64,000 bases of DNA from a virus. Within the stretch, counting starts at the first letter, position 1; each line of letters starts with the position of its first letter. Below the pieces are notes generated by a model. That model did no database searches, was not told the origin of the DNA, and worked only from the letters and a program-made list of their open reading frames with translations. Positions 46,545-55,668 of the stretch are shown here, piece after piece. The position numbers were made by a program, and so were the translations under genes. The DNA lies in IMG/VR virus record IMGVR_UViG_3300025327_000027, positions 3,314-67,313 of that record. One strand, given 5' to 3'.

Positions 46545-49500
46545 ATGGCTGAGCCGTTAGAACCAGGTCTATTGCAGCCATCGGCTCCCGCTGATAGTCT
46601 ACTAGCCCCAGCAGAAGAAGCACTCTCTTCTCGCATGGCCACCATGACCGATTCTGTTATCGGCCGCGTCCACGAAGCGCTTGGCCTGACCTACCCTTCA
46701 GCCGTGGACCCTATGCAGCAGATCCCTGATACAGACTTCGATGACCAGGCTCGAAAAGTAACGGAGAACTTCAAGGGTCAAGAGGCAAAGCGTGCTGCGA
46801 CATTCCACGCAGACGTTGTGCCGCCTCCTGATCCGGATTCAGGTGTTGATACGCTTGCTATCACACGCAACGCTGTCAATTTCATGTTCCATGACCCGAT
46901 GGCCCTTGCAGGCGTTACGTGGGACACGGAGCACGTCAATTGGTCCCTTGCAACGATCCGAGACATGGTTGCAGATCACCCGTACCGAGCCGGCCTTGCA
47001 GCCGCAGGTACACTCGCCCCGCTGGCTGCCGGTGGCTACCGCCTGATGAAGGCCGGTGCCATTGCAGACATTGCCGTGGATGACCTCATGTTAGCCGGCC
47101 TGGTCGATGATACTGCCAGCTACAGCAAGCTGACGGCCCAAGGCAAAAAGCTTATTCAGGGTCAGGCTCAGCAGGTCGGCAAGCTCAAGGCACTGCGAAG
47201 CGCAGTAGCCGATGGATCTGCCTCTGCATCTGATCGTGCGCAGTTAAACTTCTACGAGGCATTCGGCAACACCTACCTAGATGCTCATACTAATGCCGAA
47301 TTGAATCCGGCTGGAACAATCTCGCAGTGGCAGGAGAAGGCCAAGACATTAACAAGTGGCAAGGCCGTCAATGACATGATGGAGATGGCCAGCAACGTCA
47401 AACCGGACGAGGGAACCAAGGTTCTCCATGCCCTAAAAGACCCCGCCAGACTCTCAGATTTGAGCCCAGGCGCACGGGAATTCACTCTGGCATTCGGAGC
47501 CGAGGGTAGAGCCGAACAAGCGGCTATGCTCGATTCTGGCTTCATCGATGAGGAGACTGCTAAAAAGGTTGGTGACATCTGGTTCTCGACTCTTCGTAAA
47601 GACTCGCTACTGTTCAACGAAGGTGCAGCTACCAATCGTCTGAGTCTGGTCCGTCGCATTAGCACCGAGAGCGCAGCGGATAAGGGTAGGCTCCAGGTCA
47701 TCAATATCCCTCGAACATCTAGCCCCCACCTGCTATCCCGCTCCCTGGACGAGGAAGGGGTTACCAGCCTCATCAAGCGCCAGCGTGCGAGTGAACACCT
47801 GCTGAAGGGAAAGAGTGATGCAGCCCTGAAGCTACTCGACCACCCTGACGACGCCGAAGCGGTCAATCTCATCAAGAGCGGCCGTGCTGATGAGGCAGCC
47901 AAGAAACTCGAAGAGATGAGTGGCGGCTTCATTGAAAGCGACCCACAGGAACTCGTGGCGCGCAGTCTTCTACAACAGAAGCTACTTCACCTGAACTACA
48001 AGACCCTACGTGATGTGGCAATGAACCCTGCCATCACGAAGACGCGCGAAGAGTACGAGGCTATGTCTCCTTCGATTCGCAAGTTCATGGTTCCCCTGGA
48101 TCGCATGGAGAACTCAAGCGTCTTACGGCGTATGGTTGCCAAGTCCCAGGGCAAGGCCACAGTGGAGGAACTCGGATACGTACACTCGAACCTATTCAAC
48201 GAGCTTGGCGGCATGATCAAGAAGGAGGCAGCCAGCGGTGCAGTCGATTGGCTGAAGGCCCTGACTGCTATTCACAAGACTTCGAAATGTGTAATTGCAG
48301 GTACTCGTATACTTACAAATAAAGGTTATTTAAAAATAGAAGAAGCATTTGAATTTAAAGACGGTTATCACTTTAATTTACCAGAAGAGACTCCTCTGGT
48401 TTGGTCTCCAGTACTAAATACTTGGGTGAAAGTAAATGCTTCTTATTTTTCTAAAAACGAACAAGTGTTTAAAGTATCGTTAAAAGATGGAACAGAAATA
48501 ATTGGGACATCAGATCATCCATTACTCTCTCGTGGTGTTCCCGTTAAAATTAAAGATTTAAATGTAGGACAAGAAATTGATTATGCATTAGGCGGCGAAT
48601 TTCCAATTCAATATCAAACAATTAATTTTCATCCATTTACTAAAACATTTGAAAAGTCTGGTGGCAGTAGTATCATATTTAATGAGGCTTTGGCTGAATT
48701 AATTGGTTGGGTTCTTGGAGACGGCAATGTTAGATCCAATGTAAAAGACAATCAATATATTAACATAACAATAGGAAATGAAGATAAAGATTATTCTTTA
48801 TCAAGATTAGATTGCCTATGTAAAGAACTAAATATAACCTATAAAATAAGTCAAGATAATCGTAATAAAGTTCATTACTTTAAAATTCATAATACATTTT
48901 TAGTTAAGTTATTTAAACATATAGGTGCCATATATCAGGATAAAAGTAAAGAATTAAAAGTTCCAGATATTGTATTTAAATCCCCTAAAACTGTAATCAC
49001 TGCATTTTTGCGCGGATTATTTGATACAGATGGACATGTAACTAAAAAAGGAGGAGGTAACTTAACCAGCATCAGTAAACCTCTATTAAAAGATGTTAAG
49101 ATACTATTAGGCTGGCTGGGGATTCGAAGCGCATATAGCAAATCTGATGATGCAAAAACTGTTGTTATTTGTGGAAAAATTTGCAGTGCAAAAGAGCATT
49201 TTAGACTAAGATTTAGTAGTTTAAAATCTCGTTGTATATCAAATAATCTACAATTATTTGGTATGCCACGAAAAGCACATAGAATCCAAGATTCAATCAA
49301 AATTAGAAAAAAGAATAGAGATATTTACAAAAATAGAATTTCTTCTATTACATCATTTGGTCAAATGGATGTTTATGATATTTGTTTAGATGCACCCCAT
49401 ATCTTCATTGGAGACAATATTCCACAACATAATACGGCCCTCAACCCTTATTCACATGGACAAAATGTGATGGGTAACGGTGTGTTCCTTTCAATGGCAG

Positions 49501-51119
49501 GCTTCCACCCTTGGGAACCTGAGAACTTCAATCTGCTGCGTACCGGCTGGAAGGCTGTAGGCGACTGGCACGATGCACGGCGAGCCGGCAAGGCGATCTC
49601 TGAGATAACGAACCTCGGTTCGCTTGAGAGTAAGGTTGGAGGCAAGGCCGTCAATATTGCTGAAGAACTGATGAATCCGGTGCTCTCTGGGCCCCAGGGC
49701 ATCTTGGACATGTCGTCTATGGAAGCCTCAGAGGGTATTCCTATTCTGAGTCGTATGTTCAATGAGGCCGAGAACCACCAGGTGCTTCTGAAGAAGTTCT
49801 TGACCGGCGTTCAGGTTGCTGCCAAGGCCAAGCTGCCAGGCAGGAAGGAAGGTTTTATCGAGAAACTATCGAACATGTATTCAGCCGAAGACTCTTCAAT
49901 GAAGTTCGGCTATTACTTGCACCTACGCCAGAATGGTCTAAACCCGCTAGCCGCAGCTAATGAAGTTGCACGCCGACTTCCGATGTACAACACCATCGGA
50001 GCACGAGCCGCAGGTTGGCGTCAGCTGCTCCTGCCTTGGGTCTCGTTCCCAATGGAGACGGCGCGAATCATGAAGAACAACATTATGGACAAGCCTTTCA
50101 ACACCATGATGTGGATGCACGTACCCAACCTGGTACAGGCTGGTGCAGCAATGCCTTTCGGCAAGAGCTACGAACAGATTGAAGACTTGAAGCAGCAGAA
50201 CCCAATGTGGGCACAGAAGTCCTCTGCAATCGTGACGCCGTTCCGTGACAAGAATGACCAGCTTCGCACGATGATGATGGATTTGATGCCATGGTCGGCT
50301 CTCGCCCCTCAGAGCGAAGCCAAGGACGCAAACTTCCTTGAGAAGATGCCAATGGGTCTCGGCAATCCGTTCCCGATCGTCATGGGCCTTGGCTTCGCTC
50401 TGAGGGGCAAGTCTTCATTCGGTGAAGATATGCCTATCGACCCGAACAGCAGCACCAGCAAGATGGAAGCAGCAATCCTGAACACCATGGGCTTCATTGC
50501 TCCCCCACTCGTACAGAAGTACCTGCTCAACGCATCGGCACCTTCGACAACCTACCGTCTAGGTCAAGACCTTGGCCAGAACGTCAACCCCTCAACAGGC
50601 GTGACGGGTGATTGGCTGTTCGACATGGCCCTATCAAACTCGCCAATCGGTCTGAAGAACTACGCAGGTTCGCCAATGACACAGATTGCTAACGAGCGAT
50701 ACGGTGCTCGCAAAGTAGACAACTATCGTGGTGACCTCGGTCGTAAGTACTCGGCATGGGTACGTACAGGCAATTGGGATAACGCAGGTGACGTTCTTCG
50801 CAGCGTGTACCAGTCGTTCGCAACCGAGACGCCCGACAATCCAGGTCTAGCCTTCCAGCTATACACAGACTGGAAGCAATCGCACTCTCGTGACCTCATG
50901 AAGAGCCCAGGACTCAAGGGTATCTCTCGTCAAGCCTTCCTTCGCAAGCTTCGTGAGACAGGCAATACAGTTGCACCTGTCATGAACGAAGCGCGAAAAG
51001 ACTACCACCAGGCTCTCTTACAAGGCTACTACCAAACAGCCGGCAGCAAGGGTGATGGCCGTAACGTGCTCACTCGGGGCACACGTAGAGCTTCCGGTCG
51101 AAGTTCAGGACGCCAATGA
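46545..51119 (+). CDS. Large internal virion / ejection protein containing an intein
   Basis: About 1142 aa spliced; K|TALNPxxHxxN and PWVSFP motifs; last gene of the triplet. Confidence 0.7.
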   Translation: MAEPLEPGLLQPSAPADSLLAPAEEALSSRMATMTDSVIGRVHEALGLTYPSAVDPMQQIPDTDFDDQARKVTENFKGQEAKRAATFHADVVPPPDPDSGVDTLAITRNAVNFMFHDPMALAGVTWDTEHVNWSLATIRDMVADHPYRAGLAAAGTLAPLAAGGYRLMKAGAIADIAVDDLMLAGLVDDTASYSKLTAQGKKLIQGQAQQVGKLKALRSAVADGSASASDRAQLNFYEAFGNTYLDAHTNAELNPAGTISQWQEKAKTLTSGKAVNDMMEMASNVKPDEGTKVLHALKDPARLSDLSPGAREFTLAFGAEGRAEQAAMLDSGFIDEETAKKVGDIWFSTLRKDSLLFNEGAATNRLSLVRRISTESAADKGRLQVINIPRTSSPHLLSRSLDEEGVTSLIKRQRASEHLLKGKSDAALKLLDHPDDAEAVNLIKSGRADEAAKKLEEMSGGFIESDPQELVARSLLQQKLLHLNYKTLRDVAMNPAITKTREEYEAMSPSIRKFMVPLDRMENSSVLRRMVAKSQGKATVEELGYVHSNLFNELGGMIKKEAASGAVDWLKALTAIHKTSKCVIAGTRILTNKGYLKIEEAFEFKDGYHFNLPEETPLVWSPVLNTWVKVNASYFSKNEQVFKVSLKDGTEIIGTSDHPLLSRGVPVKIKDLNVGQEIDYALGGEFPIQYQTINFHPFTKTFEKSGGSSIIFNEALAELIGWVLGDGNVRSNVKDNQYINITIGNEDKDYSLSRLDCLCKELNITYKISQDNRNKVHYFKIHNTFLVKLFKHIGAIYQDKSKELKVPDIVFKSPKTVITAFLRGLFDTDGHVTKKGGGNLTSISKPLLKDVKILLGWLGIRSAYSKSDDAKTVVICGKICSAKEHFRLRFSSLKSRCISNNLQLFGMPRKAHRIQDSIKIRKKNRDIYKNRISSITSFGQMDVYDICLDAPHIFIGDNIPQHNTALNPYSHGQNVMGNGVFLSMAGFHPWEPENFNLLRTGWKAVGDWHDARRAGKAISEITNLGSLESKVGGKAVNIAEELMNPVLSGPQGILDMSSMEASEGIPILSRMFNEAENHQVLLKKFLTGVQVAAKAKLPGRKEGFIEKLSNMYSAEDSSMKFGYYLHLRQNGLNPLAAANEVARRLPMYNTIGARAAGWRQLLLPWVSFPMETARIMKNNIMDKPFNTMMWMHVPNLVQAGAAMPFGKSYEQIEDLKQQNPMWAQKSSAIVTPFRDKNDQLRTMMMDLMPWSALAPQSEAKDANFLEKMPMGLGNPFPIVMGLGFALRGKSSFGEDMPIDPNSSTSKMEAAILNTMGFIAPPLVQKYLLNASAPSTTYRLGQDLGQNVNPSTGVTGDWLFDMALSNSPIGLKNYAGSPMTQIANERYGARKVDNYRGDLGRKYSAWVRTGNWDNAGDVLRSVYQSFATETPDNPGLAFQLYTDWKQSHSRDLMKSPGLKGISRQAFLRKLRETGNTVAPVMNEARKDYHQALLQGYYQTAGSKGDGRNVLTRGTRRASGRSSGRQ
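48288..49433 (+). mobile_element. LAGLIDADG intein (382 aa)
   Basis: K|CVIAGTRILT, TSDHP, GWVLGDG, GLFDTDG, VYDI, QHN|T; AT-rich. Confidence 0.93.
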
Positions 51120-51484
51120 CGCGCGATGACAAGTACTGGACCGCCGCCATTTTCGTAGGGTGGCTGGTCCTGACGCTTTTCTTCTTCCCCGGCTGCTCTT
51201 CCGGAAAACCGCCAATCTCACCTCAAGGCGAGGGTCAAGAGATCGAGTCTAAAGGCCCCTGGACAGACTCCATCGCTGAGGATCGCGAGTTATCTACATG
51301 CGACAAGGCACGTAGAATCTACGTTTTAGCTATCAAGCAAGACATCAATCTTCAGCGTATTCTGGATAACACAACTACCCTAATGCCTGAAGTAAAGGTA
51401 GTCCTAAAAGCGCAACAGCGTGGTTTATGGGAGTTGCAGCACGACCTTTATGTCTGGATAAGCAATTCATGTGCAGAAGTATAG
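51116..51484 (+). CDS. Putative lipoprotein / membrane protein
   Basis: Hydrophobic N-terminus ending FFPG-C. Confidence 0.55.
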   Translation: MTRDDKYWTAAIFVGWLVLTLFFFPGCSSGKPPISPQGEGQEIESKGPWTDSIAEDRELSTCDKARRIYVLAIKQDINLQRILDNTTTLMPEVKVVLKAQQRGLWELQHDLYVWISNSCAEV

Positions 51485-51939
51485 TTTGAAGCTTTGATAT
51501 ACCTCAGAGGCTTTTTCAACCGTGTCGTAATTCCCAAGATGTCGTTTTCTCCGTCCTAGGCGCTGGCTCTGAATTTTCTTCCGCTGCGCTCGACGCCTTC
51601 CGGTAAATCAGATTTGCGGCTCTTAAGGCCGTTCCGTCTACCGTTCCGTCTCACTGCTTCCCGGTGAATCGGACTGCGCCTGAGGTTCTCTTGACCAGTC
51701 ACCGCCTCAAGGTGAACGGGGTTTACGCAAGCCCTGTTACGGCACAAATGATCTAGTTCTAACCCTTCAGGCACGGCACCATTTACATGCTCCCAAGCGA
51801 TACGGTGGGCTCGTCTTGTTTTACTACTCTTTAGATCAAATTGACCGTACCCATCTGGGTGAATGTATCCGCACCAAATAATACACCTATTACTTGGTTT
51901 GGTCTTATCGAGAAATCTAGATAATTCTTTAGCGTTCAT
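51468..51939 (-). pseudogene. HNH endonuclease with frameshifted AP2-like C-terminus
   Basis: RAHR, DHLCRNRACVNPxHL; TAG at 51556, with RHLGNYDTVEKA continuing in another frame; likely start ATG 51939. Confidence 0.7.
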
Positions 51940-52084
51940 AATCACCATAATACTACAAGTGGCTGAGCTTTGCAAAAGTACATCCGTTATCACTTAGAAA
52001 GAAAGAAACATCAAAACTATTCTCCTAGCATCATTACTACTATTCGCACCTGTAGCCAACGCATAAGAAGCACTGCACCGATCT

Positions 52085-52249
52085 CTAATCGGCGTCTTCG
52101 TCTTCAATTTCCGTCTCTTCGACGGGGACCGACTCAGCCTGCTCCTTGACAACAGGAACGTAACGGCTGCGGTAGACTTCTTGTCTACAACGAACACAGG
52201 TCATACCGTAGTTCGTTTGTATCCCACAACGGCACCTAGTGCTTGTCAT
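52085..52249 (-). CDS. Small Zn-ribbon protein with acidic tail (54 aa, not in the ORF track)
   Basis: MTSTRCRCG...CVRC...EEDEDAD-like end; AGGAGG RBS and ATGA overlap. Confidence 0.6.
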   Translation of the reverse strand: MTSTRCRCGIQTNYGMTCVRCRQEVYRSRYVPVVKEQAESVPVEETEIEDEDAD

Positions 52250-53457
52250 CCTCCTAGACTCTTCTCTTGAAGGATTTGGAGTGAAGGATTTACCGGAAAG
52301 TCTTCGAATCGTTGGAGGAGAATCGGCAATTCCTTGAGGACATCAAATGGTAGCAGTGGTCCACGGTGATACGTGCCCTGTTGTTTCCTTTCTTGTCGTC
52401 CAGGGGTTATGTTTTCTTTTGGGGACCTTAGTGTATTATGAAAATGCATCACTTTAACATCATTTGAAAATACATATTCGTTTGAAGCACTCTGCTTAGG
52501 TTCTGCACGTTCTCCTGGGTGCGTTTGTCTCCATTTTACAATATCTTTTTTGTATAACCTGTGATGAGGCAGAAATGAATCTACCCCATATGCTTGAGTT
52601 AAGCTTTCCACGATCTCTATACGTCGTACCACACCATACGGCAATTTACTCTGAGCAAATATAGGATATTCTAATCGTAGATATTCTAACGATTCTGGCG
52701 TCCAAATTTCGTCTGTATCTACTATTAGGTAATAATTGGCATGTCCTAATTCTACAATTGGAGCATTCCTAAATGCCAATTGAGCCTTAGGTGGGACAAA
52801 AGGAAATTCTTCTAATATAACTTCAGTTTTAGATTGGCGTTTAAACCATCGCAATACATCTAATGTTCCATCAGAACTGCCTGCATCATAGATTACAATT
52901 TTGTCAAAATAGCCCTCTAAAGCGGACAGCGCGTAGGGTGCCCAATAAACGTCGTTTAAGGTTAACACAACCGGAACGAGATCTGATTTCATATCAAATA
53001 GACAATCAGGTAAATTTATATGGGCTTTGTCCTTATCTACAAAATCCATTATCTTATCAAGAAATATCGCAGCATCTTTATCATCGGCGAAATGGCTTCT
53101 TCTAAAATTAACCATCCAACTGTTAGTTTGAGAATTCCAAATTACTCCATCATACCGACTTTGCTGGTCAACAGATATTCTTCTATTTTTAGTGTTAGCT
53201 GATCTAGTGTTCCATTGACAATTAGAAGGTTCATAATCCCCATCATTATTGATTCTATCAAGTTGTAACCCTTCTTTCCATGTTAACAACATATCTTCAA
53301 AAAATAAATCTGAAGACAGCCAACGATCACACACCTTAATCCCACGTCCGCCATAATTCGCGTAATTGGCAGCATTAGGATTACTACACATATACAGCAT
53401 ATTTGACCAAACCCCGTAAATAGGGTGAGATCTTAGCCTATGAGTTTTTTTAGGCAT
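52246..53457 (-). CDS. HNH endonuclease fused in frame to a GT2-like glycosyltransferase (GT start probably ATG 52992)
   Basis: N-terminal YGGRGIKVCDRW/DRINNDG; C-terminal YDAGSSDGT, RN, VDTDE, HE-like segment. Confidence 0.8.
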   Translation of the reverse strand: MPKKTHRLRSHPIYGVWSNMLYMCSNPNAANYANYGGRGIKVCDRWLSSDLFFEDMLLTWKEGLQLDRINNDGDYEPSNCQWNTRSANTKNRRISVDQQSRYDGVIWNSQTNSWMVNFRRSHFADDKDAAIFLDKIMDFVDKDKAHINLPDCLFDMKSDLVPVVLTLNDVYWAPYALSALEGYFDKIVIYDAGSSDGTLDVLRWFKRQSKTEVILEEFPFVPPKAQLAFRNAPIVELGHANYYLIVDTDEIWTPESLEYLRLEYPIFAQSKLPYGVVRRIEIVESLTQAYGVDSFLPHHRLYKKDIVKWRQTHPGERAEPKQSASNEYVFSNDVKVMHFHNTLRSPKENITPGRQERKQQGTYHRGPLLPFDVLKELPILLQRFEDFPVNPSLQILQEKSLGG

Positions 53458-54349
53458 TAAAAACCTCTAGCATTTGCTGCACTCGGTGCTTGACAAGATG
53501 CTTAGCCATAACTTCTTTATGTCCAATCTCTCCTAATTTATTTGCACAAGTAAGATTGTTCATACACCATTTCATCTGCTCTTCCATGCCTTCTAGGGAA
53601 TAAGCTTTATATCCAAGATAATGAGTTCCCTCTTGAAACAGTTTCCCCATACCATTCAATGGATCAACTTCAGTAATTAACGGTCTACCGACTGCCATGG
53701 ATTCAATAACACGCAGATTCGGTCCATCGTGTTTCTGTCCCATGTTCCACAATACTCGGCATTGGCCCATAGCTTGAGCCGTAGCCGGCCATCGATGCTT
53801 AAACGCACCATTTACTTGTCTTACGTCGTAAGTCCACTTGTGTGCATCACATATGGTCTTCATCGCAGTAGCTCTATCTAGTCCTCCCTTTGAACCATGA
53901 AAACCAAAATCGAATGCTGGTATGCAAGTAGCTAAGGGGAAGAATTCTGCGTCAGTCGCGTTGGGGCACCAATGAGCAGAAGGATGACCTGCAAAGCGAT
54001 TGCGTTCATTCCATACCGCAAAAAAGACATGATTGTATTTAGCTGCCCATTGCTGATGGAAATCTCCAAATTTACCGTGAGAATCTACGAACCAAACAGC
54101 AGACGGAATGCTGACCTTATTTGTCGGGACGCAGAAACCAAGCTCTCCAGCACGATTGCGACCGTTATCAAGATCAAGTAAAAGATCATAATTACGTAAA
54201 CGAATATCATCAAAGGTATGCTTATGCCCTTCTCCCATGGGCGTGACTTCATGTCCAAAGTCGAGGAACGATTGGTGTACACTTCTAGCATAGGATTCTA
54301 CTGGCTTCTCTCTATTAAAATCTTGACGGTAATGGAGTAGGACCCTCAC
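53450..54349 (-). CDS. Glycosyltransferase (GT-B, CgeB/Glyco_trans_1_2-like)
   Basis: WFVDSH, NLRVIESMAVG, HLVKHRV. Confidence 0.8.
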   Translation of the reverse strand: MRVLLHYRQDFNREKPVESYARSVHQSFLDFGHEVTPMGEGHKHTFDDIRLRNYDLLLDLDNGRNRAGELGFCVPTNKVSIPSAVWFVDSHGKFGDFHQQWAAKYNHVFFAVWNERNRFAGHPSAHWCPNATDAEFFPLATCIPAFDFGFHGSKGGLDRATAMKTICDAHKWTYDVRQVNGAFKHRWPATAQAMGQCRVLWNMGQKHDGPNLRVIESMAVGRPLITEVDPLNGMGKLFQEGTHYLGYKAYSLEGMEEQMKWCMNNLTCANKLGEIGHKEVMAKHLVKHRVQQMLEVFNA

Positions 54350-54507
54350 TTGATTATATCCTTGGATCTGAGAAAGTCTAGTATGGTTTCCAGGGTGAAG
54401 AACTTGGGGTTGAAGCCAATAATGTACGTATTGCGTTCATCTTCAACAAACAGGTGTTGCTCCTCTTTGTTAGCGTCGCTGGTCCAGGTTTCTACGTGTA
54501 TTCTCAT
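54346..54507 (-). CDS. Small hypothetical protein (53 aa, not in the ORF track)
   Basis: MRIHVETWTSD...; overlaps both neighbours by 4 nt. Confidence 0.55.
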   Translation of the reverse strand: MRIHVETWTSDANKEEQHLFVEDERNTYIIGFNPKFFTLETILDFLRSKDIIK

Positions 54508-55268
54508 GGGAGGAAGGGGGAGATATAGGTTGGGTTGACTCCGATACGCTTACGTAGCGTAGCATTTGCTGCGACCTGGCGCTTGATCTCATCTGGATCT
54601 GAATCCCAACGACCGCCAGCGGTATCGCCAATCTGTTCGAACCTGTCTGCGACTTCCTGTAGATCGATCCACTTGTTAGGGTGACAAACGAGATTGGCTG
54701 CGATTACTCGATCTGACCATTGCCCATGCGCGTGACCTACACCTGAGAACTCAGGATGGAAAGCCCCTACGTGACGGACTACCATGTTGGATATGAATGT
54801 CAAATCACCTCGTGGGCTAGGACCGTAGATCGGCGTAAAACCCAGGTTCTCCTTGACCCAATTGCCGAAGTCTGGAACTGTCTCCTCAACTACCTTATCC
54901 TGTACCCTGCACAGATGGTGGATGTTGGTGTTAAGAACGAACTTGACGTAGCTGTCGAACCAGCCCTCCTCGGTCGGCATCAGATCGTCCTCAAGGATGC
55001 ACATGAAGTCGCAATCCTTCAGCGCGTAGAGGGCTCGGTTCTTGTTTGCCCCAACACCGAGGTTGGAACCCTTGATGTACGTCACCCCAGGGAAGTCATG
55101 CACGACATCACATGTATTGTCGTAGCTGCCGTCATCACAGACAATCACTCGCGAACTCAAGGGCTTAGTGTTGATGACTGCCGATAACACGGTGCGCAAA
55201 TTCTCGGCTCTGTTGTACGTGCAAACAGCGATCCCGTACTTAAAAGAGTTCAAGAAGTTTCCTTTCAT
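54504..55268 (-). CDS. GT2-family glycosyltransferase
   Basis: CTYNR, DDGSxD, NLGVGANKN, LEDD; start lies within the 3' end of the HNH gene. Confidence 0.85.
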   Translation of the reverse strand: MKGNFLNSFKYGIAVCTYNRAENLRTVLSAVINTKPLSSRVIVCDDGSYDNTCDVVHDFPGVTYIKGSNLGVGANKNRALYALKDCDFMCILEDDLMPTEEGWFDSYVKFVLNTNIHHLCRVQDKVVEETVPDFGNWVKENLGFTPIYGPSPRGDLTFISNMVVRHVGAFHPEFSGVGHAHGQWSDRVIAANLVCHPNKWIDLQEVADRFEQIGDTAGGRWDSDPDEIKRQVAANATLRKRIGVNPTYISPFLP

Positions 55269-55668
55269 CAAAAAATTTCTCTGCTTGATGTTGAGAACCA
55301 AATTTTAACGTTATTCGCCATTCTTTATTCTGTTTATCCCACGTTATCCCTGGATATGGACTTTGAAACTCTGCTCTGTTCCTACGGTTTTTCGTATTCA
55401 CTGACTTCGTAACCCACCTACAATTTTCCGGTTCATAATTACCATCATTATTAATTCGATCCAATTGAAGTCCGGGTTGCCAAGCAGAAAACATATCGTC
55501 TCTGAAGTTCTCAAACCGCATCCAACGATCACAAACTTTGATGCCTCGGCCACCATAATACTTGTAGTCAGAACATTTAGGATTGGAACAACGAGTCTTC
55601 ATGCTATGCCATGCAGTATAAATCGGGTGCGGTTTGGGTCCAGTTCTGAATCCATGTTTATAAGACAC
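55240..55668 (-). CDS. HNH-type homing endonuclease
   Basis: HPIYTAWHSMKTRC, YGGRGIKVCDRW, DRINNDGNYEPENCRW. Confidence 0.85.
   Translation of the reverse strand: MSYKHGFRTGPKPHPIYTAWHSMKTRCSNPKCSDYKYYGGRGIKVCDRWMRFENFRDDMFSAWQPGLQLDRINNDGNYEPENCRWVTKSVNTKNRRNRAEFQSPYPGITWDKQNKEWRITLKFGSQHQAEKFFDERKLLELF

Noticed and set aside
51994-52197. 67-aa minus-strand ORF from the track
   Set aside because: The overlapping 52085-52249 frame has the RBS, stop-start coupling and a Zn-ribbon pattern.
53415-53432. Extra copy of the promoter motif (TAAATAGGGTGAGAT)
   Set aside because: Lies antisense inside an HNH gene where it encodes the conserved HPIY peptide; the -10 position is broken.
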